Below are positions 7,912 to 16,496 of a stretch of DNA of 50,415 nucleotides, in pieces. The stretch is from an uncultured Hyphomicrobiales bacterium (GTDB lineage: Bacteria > Bacteroidota > Ignavibacteria > Kapaibacteriales > Kapaibacteriaceae), in NCBI GenBank assembly GCA_964493635.1, contig CAZBOW010000004.1, positions 47,635-98,049 of the forward strand. Direction: 5' to 3'. Each line of letters opens with the position of its first letter. Position 1 is the stretch's first letter. The translations under genes and the position numbers were made by a program. Under the pieces are notes generated by a model that worked only from the letters and a program-made list of their open reading frames with translations, made no database searches and had not been told where the DNA came from.

Positions 7912-10900
7912 ATGTCCATGGGCGCGTTCCGCTTCCCCGTTGTTGTTACCGTCGTGGCGTGCATCCTGATGCATGCAGCTGCCCACGCAGCTAACCACGC
8001 AGCTACCGTGGCACAGACAACGAACGTCCTCGTTGTGCCAACGTCGGATACAACCACAACCATCCGATACACGCCGAACGAAGGTGTGGAGCGGGGGGCT
8101 CAGCTGCATGTCTCTGCCGACGGACTTCTCCGGCAGTGGGTCATCACCACCACGATTGAGATTCCACAACCGACAGATCGCATTGATGTGCGTCACGGGG
8201 ATGATACCCTGATCTACCGTCCTCTGTACGATACCACGCTGGTTGTTTCTGACACGTCCGACCTTGACCTTCGCGCTGCGATGTATCCGCCGCAGCATGA
8301 GCTCCTTGCCATTCGCTATGCTGGCGTCTCGCGTGGGCGCCACCTCGCACACGTGTCCATCGTTGTGGCCGAGGAGCGGCAGGGTCAGCTTCCGACCGTC
8401 CTAGTGATGGCCAGTGCACACCTCACCCACGGTTCCCGTTCTGCGAGTGCCGCGGTGCCTGTACAAAAGTCTCGTACGATCGAGGACGTTCACGGTGAAG
8501 AGGAGTTCTCACACGTGATGCGCGTTGATGTTTCCGGCGAGGGGATCTATCAGATTTCTGCACAGCAACTACGTGACGCCGGCATTCCAACGGACGCCGC
8601 AACGGCAGCCTCCGTAAAAATGTTCGGCAATGGTGGTCGGGAACTCTCCGAACGTGTGGAACCGCCGTTCAGCGAAGAGCTACGAGAGCTTCCCATTATT
8701 GTGGCAACAACTCCTCAGGGTGCCCTTGATCACATCACCTTTTATGCCGGCGGTGTCACGGGAATTCATGCCGACAGTGGAGCCATCGCCCACTACCTTC
8801 ACCACTATGCAACACGGGCATCCTACCTGTTAACCGTTGGCGGTGCTCCAGGGCGGCGAGCTGTGCAGCGTCCTGCAGCTCGCGGTCCGGTAGACGACCG
8901 ACCGTTGGTCGTACGAGGATTGGTGTTTCACGAGGAAGAAGTCGTCAACCCCTACAACGGTGGCTCGGGCCGGAGGTGGTACGGCCGCTCCATCGAAAAT
9001 GGTGGCTCGATGATGCTCTCTCAGGAGTTGCCTGGGCTGGTGCGATCCGGTACGGTGGATTATCGGCTGGTCGTGGCACATCGCGGGACGTCGGCCTCTG
9101 GCGTCGTTACGGTGATGGAACAGGGAACAACGGTCGCTCAACGCTCGATCCCCATGGTCCCAAAGTACATGGATACGTATTCGGTCCCGTTGATCGGTGC
9201 TGTGGATGCCATGGCGCTGTCCGCCGATCAGCGCAGCTTAGTGCGGATTGCCTATGAAAGCCCGCAGCGTACCTCCACCGGAATTCTGGACTGGATCGAG
9301 ATTGAGTATCCACGTGGGCTGGTTGCCCATAATCAAGAGTTTCAGTTCATTGCCAATCCCAGCGGACCGGGAGTGATCGAGTATACGGTCAACGGTTTTG
9401 AAGGGGGCTCCACGCTGTGCTTCGATGTCACGGATCCCACACGTCCGGAGTTGATAGAAAATGTTGCCCCAGAGGGTGGTCTCTTCTCGATTCGCGAGGC
9501 CTTTACGGAGGACCAAGTCCGTCGATACTACCTGTCGTCCCGACGCGGAACGGCGTCACTTCAGCGCATTGAGCCCCTTACCCTGCGTTCACGGGCTCGA
9601 AAGGGTCAGTTAGGAGAGCTGCTCGTAATTACGCATCCTGGCCTGCGTGCATCGGCAGAGCGGTATGCTGAATACCGTCGCGCAACGTCCGAGCTCAATG
9701 TTTCGGTGATCGGAGTTGATGAAATCTTCCACGAGTTCAGCTACGGCATGGTGGACCCGACCGCTCTGCGCGACATGATACGGTACGCCTACCGGAACAG
9801 CCCCGTCAAGCCGCGCTACGTACTGCTCTGGGGAGATGGACATTTCGACTACAAAGGCATTTCCACGGCAACGCCGAACTGGGTGATTCCCTACGAGAGC
9901 CTGGATCCGGACAATACGTCCTACGGACTGTGGACCTACACGACGGACGACTACTATGCCCGTGTTGATGGCAATGATCCACTGCCGGACGTAGCCATCG
10001 GGAGACTACCCATCACCTCGAATGCCATCGGCGACCGCATGATTGCCAAGATCCGTTCGTACGAATCGGCGTCCTCCACGGATGATTGGCGTACGCGGGT
10101 TACGCTCATCGCTGATGATGGGCCAACGTCCGAGGGGTCGGATGGTACAACGCACTTGCGTCAGAGTGAGCGACTCTGGAGTGACTACCTGCCGCTGGAT
10201 ATGCAGGCGAAGAAAATCTACATGGTGGAGTATCCCACGGAGAACATCGCTCGTGGACGCCGGAAGCCCGCCGTGACGGCTGCCTACATTTCTACGATCA
10301 ACACCACCGGCACACTTCTGTTGAATTGGATTGGCCATGGTAATCCACGCGTCTGGGCGCATGAGTTCATCTTTGAGCGCGAAACAACGCCGTCGCAGAT
10401 GAACAACCCGGACAAGTTGTTCTTCCTTACAGCGGCTACGTGTGATTTTGCCCGATTCGACCTGACCGATGCCCAGTCGGGCGCTGAAGATCTCGTACTG
10501 CGAGATGGTGGGGGAGCCATTGGCGTCTTCTCAGCATCGCGGGTGGTACTCTCCGATGCGAATGCAGCAATCAATCAGGATTTCTACGAAACAATGTTTC
10601 GGCGCAGCCCCGATGGTAGCGTGATGCGACTCGGCGATGTGATCATGGATGTCAAACAGCGGTTCTACGGTCCGAACGACGAAAAGTTTTTCCTTCTGGG
10701 CGATCCTACTGTCCGTCTGCTTATTCCACAAAACCGGCTGGTGTTTGATCGGATCAATGGCGAACCGGTGGGCTCGCAGCCGATTCAGTTACAAGCATTG
10801 CAGACCGTAACGGTGGAGGGGTCGATCCTTGCGCCCATGTCGAATAACCCTGACGATAGTTTCAACGGCACAGCTACGATCACCTTGTTGGACGCCGTGC

Positions 10901-11808
10901 GCACCGTCACGGTACTGGACGACGATATCAACTCCACGCCCAACACGTTCCGCCTTCCCGGGGCAACCATTAGCAAGGGTTCCTACGAAGTGACCAATGG
11001 CCGGTTCGTGGCCACCTTCGTTGTGCCCAAGGATGTAGCGTTTTCGCAGTCCACAGCCCGGATGTACGGATTTGCAGCCAGTACGGATCAGCGCTCGGCC
11101 ATCGGTGCTACCGATCAGGTGATTGTCGATGGCGTCGTGGATGCCACCTTCGACGACACCGAGGGGCCCGACATCCGCATTGCCCTCGACTCTCGGAACT
11201 TCCGCTCGGGCGATGTGGTGCGTCAGCATCCAATCCTGATCGTGGATCTGCAGGATGCCACTGGCGTGAATACCTCTGGAGTTGGCATCGGTCATGGAAT
11301 CGAAGCGAACTTCGACGATGGTCAACGTATCGAGGATCTTACCGAGTCGTTTGGCACGTCGGTCGAGAACAGCCGAGCCGGTACCACCTCAAAGCAGATC
11401 TTTGGGCTGGCGGAAGGCTACCACGAAGTTCGCGTGCGCGCCTGGGATGTGTTGAACAATATGAACTCCGCGCAGACCACCTTCCGCATTGCCTCGGAGG
11501 ACGAAGGCATTGTAGCAACATGGATCACGAACTATCCGAATCCATTTTCGTCGTCCACCACGATACGGTTCCAACACAATATGGCCAGTGCCTTTTCGGC
11601 TGTCCTGGAGATCTACGACGTGACAGGTCGGTTGGTGTTCACAACGCCGATGGAGGTTCGTGACATGCATACGGCCGAGGTCCAATGGAATGGTACAGAT
11701 GTATCAGGATTTCAATTGGGGTCGGGGATCTATTCGGCGGTGGTACGCATGACCGATGTGCGCGGCGGAAGCCGAGACGTGCGCGGTAAACTTGCCCTCA
11801 TTCGATAA
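7912..11808 (+). CDS. porU: Type IX secretion system sortase PorU (C25/gingipain-family C-terminal signal peptidase)
   Basis: 1298 aa with an N-terminal signal-like segment. C25-type catalytic contexts are NWIGHGNP (His) and FFLTAATCDFARFD (Cys). The C-terminal ~80 aa form a T9SS CTD (YPNPFSSSTTIRF...GIYSAVVRM...KLALIR). It is immediately followed by porV, the usual porU-porV pairing. Confidence 0.8.
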   Translation: MSMGAFRFPVVVTVVACILMHAAAHAANHAATVAQTTNVLVVPTSDTTTTIRYTPNEGVERGAQLHVSADGLLRQWVITTTIEIPQPTDRIDVRHGDDTLIYRPLYDTTLVVSDTSDLDLRAAMYPPQHELLAIRYAGVSRGRHLAHVSIVVAEERQGQLPTVLVMASAHLTHGSRSASAAVPVQKSRTIEDVHGEEEFSHVMRVDVSGEGIYQISAQQLRDAGIPTDAATAASVKMFGNGGRELSERVEPPFSEELRELPIIVATTPQGALDHITFYAGGVTGIHADSGAIAHYLHHYATRASYLLTVGGAPGRRAVQRPAARGPVDDRPLVVRGLVFHEEEVVNPYNGGSGRRWYGRSIENGGSMMLSQELPGLVRSGTVDYRLVVAHRGTSASGVVTVMEQGTTVAQRSIPMVPKYMDTYSVPLIGAVDAMALSADQRSLVRIAYESPQRTSTGILDWIEIEYPRGLVAHNQEFQFIANPSGPGVIEYTVNGFEGGSTLCFDVTDPTRPELIENVAPEGGLFSIREAFTEDQVRRYYLSSRRGTASLQRIEPLTLRSRARKGQLGELLVITHPGLRASAERYAEYRRATSELNVSVIGVDEIFHEFSYGMVDPTALRDMIRYAYRNSPVKPRYVLLWGDGHFDYKGISTATPNWVIPYESLDPDNTSYGLWTYTTDDYYARVDGNDPLPDVAIGRLPITSNAIGDRMIAKIRSYESASSTDDWRTRVTLIADDGPTSEGSDGTTHLRQSERLWSDYLPLDMQAKKIYMVEYPTENIARGRRKPAVTAAYISTINTTGTLLLNWIGHGNPRVWAHEFIFERETTPSQMNNPDKLFFLTAATCDFARFDLTDAQSGAEDLVLRDGGGAIGVFSASRVVLSDANAAINQDFYETMFRRSPDGSVMRLGDVIMDVKQRFYGPNDEKFFLLGDPTVRLLIPQNRLVFDRINGEPVGSQPIQLQALQTVTVEGSILAPMSNNPDDSFNGTATITLLDAVRTVTVLDDDINSTPNTFRLPGATISKGSYEVTNGRFVATFVVPKDVAFSQSTARMYGFAASTDQRSAIGATDQVIVDGVVDATFDDTEGPDIRIALDSRNFRSGDVVRQHPILIVDLQDATGVNTSGVGIGHGIEANFDDGQRIEDLTESFGTSVENSRAGTTSKQIFGLAEGYHEVRVRAWDVLNNMNSAQTTFRIASEDEGIVATWITNYPNPFSSSTTIRFQHNMASAFSAVLEIYDVTGRLVFTTPMEVRDMHTAEVQWNGTDVSGFQLGSGIYSAVVRMTDVRGGSRDVRGKLALIR
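7972..8007 (+). repeat. In-frame 12-bp tandem repeat x3 in the porU signal region
   Basis: catgcagctgcc / cacgcagctaac / cacgcagctacc, encoding HAAA-HAAN-HAAT. Confidence 0.8.
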
Positions 11809-11855
11809 CTTTCGGACTAACTTTGTACTTGATTCGCACTTCAGGAAGGCCATCT

Positions 11856-12932
11856 ATGTCGATCCTCCGCTCCAGCGGACTTGCTTTCGCCCTTCTTTGC
11901 GCCGCTGCTACCACGTCGTTTAGTCAAGCCGGCGGCGCCGCCGTGCCCTTCGTGTTGATTGCTCCCGATGCTCGTGCCAGTGGAATGGGCGAGGTTGGTA
12001 CGGCCATCGCCGACGACATCAACGCCGTGTTCTGGAATCCCGCAGGATTGGGCTTCCAAACCAACATGCAGCAGGTGTCGCTGAGCTTCTCGAAGTGGTT
12101 GCCCCAGTTCAATGCCGACCTCTTCTACTCGTACGGTACCTACGGACAGTACGTCCCGGAGTTGGACGGTACCATTGCCGGTACGTTCATTTTCATGAAC
12201 CTGGGCGAGTTTACACGCACGGCCATTGACGGTACGGAGCTAGGCAAGTTCCGGTCCAACGAGTTTGCTCTGGGCGTATCCTACGGTACGATGCTAAGCA
12301 AGGACGTGGCTGCTGGCGTGCAGATCAAGTACATTCAGTCCAACCTTGCACCAGCTGGAGGTCAGCAGGCGAGTGCGGGCACGGGAATCTCGGCCGCCTT
12401 CGACGTCGGTTTTCAGTGGAAGCCTACCAAACTTGATCTCTTCGGCGCTGATCTGAACAATCGCTTATCGCTGGGTGTAAACCTCCAGAACGTTGGTCCG
12501 AAGATGACCTACCTGAACGAGTCCGACCCGCTACCAACGCAGCTGCGGATGGGTGTGGCCGTCAAGTTGGTCGAAGATGAGTTCAGTGATCTGCTCATCT
12601 CGGCGGATGTTGCCAAACTCCTCGTCCGCCGTGACTCCCTTGGTTCGGATGCTATTCCGATGAGCTTTGTAACGGCTTGGGGTGTAGGGGGCTTGGAAAC
12701 GGGAGTCGGCCTAGAGTACATCTACGATCAGGCCGTAGCCCTCCGTGGTGGCTACTTTACCGAACCGAAGGCCGCCGGTGCACGCAACTTCTTCACGCTG
12801 GGTGCGGGCGTAACCTACGATGTGTTTCGACTAGATTTCTCCTACATCCTGACGGTCGAAGACAACCATCCACTGGCCAACACGCTACGATTTTCACTCA
12901 TTGTGGATTGGCAGCAGGAAGGCAACAACTAA
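11856..12932 (+). CDS. porV: Type IX secretion outer-membrane protein PorV (LptO)
   Basis: 358 aa from ATG 11856, with AGGAAGG just upstream; the ORF track begins at an upstream TTG at 11823. Signal peptide is MSILRSSGLAFALLCAAATTSFSQA. It has the PorV-type N-terminal box VPFVLIAPDARASGMGEVGTAIADDINAVFWNPAGL and a beta-barrel-like alternating pattern to the C-terminus. Confidence 0.8.
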   Translation: MSILRSSGLAFALLCAAATTSFSQAGGAAVPFVLIAPDARASGMGEVGTAIADDINAVFWNPAGLGFQTNMQQVSLSFSKWLPQFNADLFYSYGTYGQYVPELDGTIAGTFIFMNLGEFTRTAIDGTELGKFRSNEFALGVSYGTMLSKDVAAGVQIKYIQSNLAPAGGQQASAGTGISAAFDVGFQWKPTKLDLFGADLNNRLSLGVNLQNVGPKMTYLNESDPLPTQLRMGVAVKLVEDEFSDLLISADVAKLLVRRDSLGSDAIPMSFVTAWGVGGLETGVGLEYIYDQAVALRGGYFTEPKAAGARNFFTLGAGVTYDVFRLDFSYILTVEDNHPLANTLRFSLIVDWQQEGNN

Positions 12933-13522
12933 CGTCGTTGCCGCCGGAGAAACCAGAGTGCGCCCACCACGGCCACCACGCCAAGGATAATCCAGCCGTA
13001 GACCGACAACCAGTAGTCGATGCGCTGCCATTGTGAACCAAGGGCCATGCCGGCCCACAAGAGCACGGCGTTCCAAGCCGTAGCGCTTAGGGCGGAGTAG
13101 AGGAGTGTTCGGGGGAGCGGCAGCTTTGCCATTCCGGCGGCAAACGCAATTACGGCGCGCGTTCCTGCCAAGAACCGGTTCCCAACAATAATGGCGCCGT
13201 GGTAGCGGTCGAACCATGCATTCACACGATCGATGAGCTCGGCGGTGATGAAGGGAACCCACCGGTGCTCCAGAATCGAGCGGCCATACCGGCGTCCGAT
13301 GCCATAGGCACCGGCAAAGCCCCCTACCGCCCCCACTGTGGCAACCAGTAACGTTGTTCCAAAGTCCAGCACGCCGATACCGACCAGCGTTCCAATGAAG
13401 GCCACAAACACATCGCTGGGTGATGGTGGCACGATGTGCTCAATGAACGTGGCCACGAAGACCGATACCAGCAATGCCCATACGGGCAGCGATTGTGCAA
13501 GGTCGACGAGGTATTCGATCAT
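12929..13522 (-). CDS. DedA-family (VTT/SNARE-associated domain) inner-membrane protein
   Basis: 197 aa with several TM helices. The DedA-type N-terminal region is FVATFIEHIVPPSPSDVFVAFIGTLVG, followed by ...GRRYGRSILEHRW... Its 3' end overlaps porV by 4 nt in convergent orientation. Confidence 0.8.
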   Translation of the reverse strand: MIEYLVDLAQSLPVWALLVSVFVATFIEHIVPPSPSDVFVAFIGTLVGIGVLDFGTTLLVATVGAVGGFAGAYGIGRRYGRSILEHRWVPFITAELIDRVNAWFDRYHGAIIVGNRFLAGTRAVIAFAAGMAKLPLPRTLLYSALSATAWNAVLLWAGMALGSQWQRIDYWLSVYGWIILGVVAVVGALWFLRRQRR

Positions 13523-13624
13523 ACAAGCCTTAATCAGAAAGCGCGTAATTTGCAGAGCTCTGAACGAATGAACAACCCGAACACACTATCCGTTTAACGT
13601 ACCTGCGGTCGAGGAGCCTGTCCT

Positions 13625-15172
13625 ATGAAAGAGTTTGCCAACGAAGTGTACCTGGATTTCTCCAAGCCGGCCATTGCGGCAAAGCAACGCGCAGCCATCG
13701 ATGCTGTGAGAGCGCGTTTTGGCAAAGAGTATCCAAACATCATCAATGGCAAGAAGGTCCGCTCGGAGCGAAAAACCACAAGCCGGAACCCTGCCCATCC
13801 AGACGAGATCATTGGCATCTTCCAGAAGTCTGGTAAGGACCACGCTGAAAAGGCCATGAAGGCAGCCGTCAAAGCGTTCGAAACATGGAAGACCGTTCCT
13901 GTACAGCAACGTGCCAAGGTGCTGTTTACTGCAGCCTCCATCATGCGCAAGCGTCGCTTGGAGATCAATGCCTGGATGATCAGCGAGGTGGGAAAGAGCT
14001 ACCTCGAGGCAGATGCCGATACCTGCGAAGCAATCGACTTCCTTGACTTCTACGGTCGGGAAGCGTTGCGATACGCCGAGCGTCAACCAGTGACCCCGCT
14101 GCCAGGCGAAGACAACGAACTGTTCTACATCCCCCTTGGCGTGGGAGTGGTGATTCCACCGTGGAACTTCCCCTTTGCCATTCTTGCCGGGATGACAACC
14201 GCAGCGGTTGTGACGGGTAATACCGTGGTGCTGAAACCCTCGAGTGATTCGCCCATGATGGGATACCTCTTCATGGAAATCATGAAGGAAGCCGGATTGC
14301 CCGATGGCGTAGTCAACTACCTTGTTGCCAGCGGTGCCGAGGCGGGCGACTACCTCGTTGATCACCCACAAACACGATTCATCTCGTTTACGGGCTCGAT
14401 GGAAGTAGGTCTGCGCATCACGGAGCGTGCCGCCAAGACGAATCCTGGTCAGATCTGGATCAAGCGTGTGGTATCGGAAATGGGCGGCAAGGATGCCATC
14501 ATCGTTGATGCTGAAGCTGATATCAACGCCGCGGTCCAAGGGGTTGTTGCGTCGGCTTTTGGCTTCCAAGGCCAGAAGTGCTCTGCCTGCTCGCGGGCGA
14601 TTGTGGATGCTTCGATCTACGACGAATTCGTAGCCAAGTTGAAGGTCGCCGTCGACCAGATTCAGATCGGGCTGCCTGAGGAGAACGCGCCATTTGGCCC
14701 GGTTGTCAACGAGTCGGCACAGAAGAGCATTCAGAACTACATGAAGATTGCTGCCAAGGAAGGGACGATCATCTGTGGCGGTGGTCGGGTAAAGGGTCTG
14801 GACGGCTATTTCCTCCAACCAACCGTAGTAGCGGGCGTAAAACCTACAGCACGCATCATGCAGGAGGAAGTCTTCGGTCCCTTGCTGGCCGTGTGCAAGG
14901 CCAAGAACTACGACGACGCCCTGAAGATTGCCAACAACACGATATACGGCCTGACGGGTGCTGTGTACTCCAAGAATGCAAAAAAACTCGAGCGAGCTCG
15001 CCAAGAGTTCCACGTTGGGAACCTGTACCTGAATCGGAAATGTACCGGTGCCATGGTGGGCGGAAATCCTTTCGGTGGCTTCAACATGAGTGGCACGGAC
15101 TCCAAGGCGGGCGGGCGAGACTACCTCCTGCTGTTCATGCAGGCAAAATCCGTGAGTCGGAAACGGTCGTGA
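13625..15172 (+). CDS. pruA: L-glutamate gamma-semialdehyde (1-pyrroline-5-carboxylate) dehydrogenase
   Basis: 515 aa of the aldehyde dehydrogenase superfamily. It has catalytic Glu in SEMGGKDA and catalytic Cys in FGFQGQKCSACSR. The N-terminus MKEFANEVYLDFSKP...YPNIINGKKV is typical of RocA/PruA-type P5C dehydrogenases. Confidence 0.9.
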   Translation: MKEFANEVYLDFSKPAIAAKQRAAIDAVRARFGKEYPNIINGKKVRSERKTTSRNPAHPDEIIGIFQKSGKDHAEKAMKAAVKAFETWKTVPVQQRAKVLFTAASIMRKRRLEINAWMISEVGKSYLEADADTCEAIDFLDFYGREALRYAERQPVTPLPGEDNELFYIPLGVGVVIPPWNFPFAILAGMTTAAVVTGNTVVLKPSSDSPMMGYLFMEIMKEAGLPDGVVNYLVASGAEAGDYLVDHPQTRFISFTGSMEVGLRITERAAKTNPGQIWIKRVVSEMGGKDAIIVDAEADINAAVQGVVASAFGFQGQKCSACSRAIVDASIYDEFVAKLKVAVDQIQIGLPEENAPFGPVVNESAQKSIQNYMKIAAKEGTIICGGGRVKGLDGYFLQPTVVAGVKPTARIMQEEVFGPLLAVCKAKNYDDALKIANNTIYGLTGAVYSKNAKKLERARQEFHVGNLYLNRKCTGAMVGGNPFGGFNMSGTDSKAGGRDYLLLFMQAKSVSRKRS

Positions 15173-15924
15173 TGGCTCGATTCCGACCCTCCGTTCTGGC
15201 CTCCGTTCTGGCAGTTGCCCTTCTGTTGATCTTGGGTACTAGTCGTGGGCTGGCTCAGGGGTATGAGCAGCTGCATGGCGCTTGGATTCATGCCACGTTC
15301 ATCTCCGAGCTGCGCACCAGTGCGTCGGTGGCACAGGCGTACGCCGGCGTGAGTGCCCAACAGCCTCTTTGGATCGAGATCGACAGCGCCAATGCCGAGG
15401 GTGTGGTACGGTTGTCCTATACCGGCGGCGATACTGTTCAGTGGATTCTGCGTCGTGTGCCGCGCTTGGACAGCATGCTGCAGTGGGCAATTGGTCCTGA
15501 GGACGGACCGCAGGCCGGCCCACAATGGTGGCTATCGTTGGATGAACGGGGAGGTACCTACATCGCCCTGGTTTCCGTTCGCACACCAAGTGCCGAACCC
15601 GTCATCTACGGCAAGCTGCCCTCGCCGCGGCAGGAGGCTCCCTTCATCATCAGTCGCATGGTCTATGCGTCGCTGGTGGCAGGGAAGTACCGCGATACCA
15701 ACAACCTTGCCTATGAGTTCCCTTCATCAATGATGGGTAGCTGGAAGGGGGCTCGGGTACGCCTCACACTTGTCGTCGACGACTCTCGGCACCCGATCCT
15801 TACGGTCGAGTATGCCAACAAGCATCGGGACACCTACCGCGTTGAACGACAGGGGACCGTGCTGAGTCTGACGAACACGCAGCACAGATCTGCCGATCCA
15901 CTACGGTTGACGCTGGTGCCGTAA
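15172..15924 (+). CDS. Secreted hypothetical protein (250 aa), translationally coupled to pruA
   Basis: ATG 15172 shares one nt with the pruA stop (gTGATGg). The signal peptide is MARFRPSVLASVLAVALLLILGTSRGLAQG. I recognise no family. The listed ORF start at 14893 lies inside pruA. Confidence 0.6.
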   Translation: MARFRPSVLASVLAVALLLILGTSRGLAQGYEQLHGAWIHATFISELRTSASVAQAYAGVSAQQPLWIEIDSANAEGVVRLSYTGGDTVQWILRRVPRLDSMLQWAIGPEDGPQAGPQWWLSLDERGGTYIALVSVRTPSAEPVIYGKLPSPRQEAPFIISRMVYASLVAGKYRDTNNLAYEFPSSMMGSWKGARVRLTLVVDDSRHPILTVEYANKHRDTYRVERQGTVLSLTNTQHRSADPLRLTLVP

Positions 15925-16047
15925 AGGGTCGCGTGGCATCGGTTTTTTTCGCACGGGAACGTTTCACAGGCTTTCATTTTTACCTGTGAGTGCGTATCTT
16001 CGTAATCCTTTTTGATACAACGAATAGCAGGCTCAGGGAGTCAGATC

Positions 16048-16431
16048 ATGCACCCGAAGGTTAAACAGATTGATACCATGGCAAAGGCAGCCGCCTTTGA
16101 AATGCGCAAAGCGAAAGCTGGCGAAGCGTCTCCAGAGATTCCTGACTTCCGTCCAGGCGATACGGTCACAATCGCTGTTCGTGTTGTTGAGGGCGAAAAA
16201 GAACGGATCCAGAACTTCCAGGGTGTTGTTATCGCTCGTCGCGGTTCCGGTATTAACGAAACCTTCCGCGTACGGAAGATTTCAAACGGTGTTGGCGTTG
16301 AGCGGATCTTCCCGATCAATTCTCCAACGATCCAGAGCATGGCAGTCGTCAAGCGCGGTAGTGTTCGTCGTGCCAAGCTGTACTACCTGCGTGGTATGAG
16401 CGAGAAGAAGATTCGTCAGAAGCTGTCGTAA
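16048..16431 (+). CDS. rplS: 50S ribosomal protein L19
   Basis: ATG 16048 is preceded by GGGAG (16036-16040); the ORF track starts at TTG 16012. Conserved L19 core: [63 protein letters not shown]. Confidence 0.9.
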   Translation: MHPKVKQIDTMAKAAAFEMRKAKAGEASPEIPDFRPGDTVTIAVRVVEGEKERIQNFQGVVIARRGSGINETFRVRKISNGVGVERIFPINSPTIQSMAVVKRGSVRRAKLYYLRGMSEKKIRQKLS

Positions 16432-16454
16432 GGACATCACGTTGTTCCTTTCCA

Positions 16455-16490
16455 ACGGCCACGTGCATTGCATGTGGCCGTTTTACTTTT
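16455..16490 (+). terminator. Rho-independent terminator after rplS
   Basis: ACGGCCACGTG (16455-16465) pairs with CATGTGGCCGT (16471-16481): 11 bp including one G-U. It is followed by TTTTACTTTT. Confidence 0.75.
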
Positions 16491-16496
16491 GTGCAT

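Noticed and set aside
13586-15013. 475-aa ORF antisense to pruA
   Set aside because: It lies entirely opposite a gene with unambiguous aldehyde-dehydrogenase motifs. Its translation is Arg/Gly/His/Leu-rich with no recognisable motif. This is the typical shadow ORF of GC-rich coding DNA.
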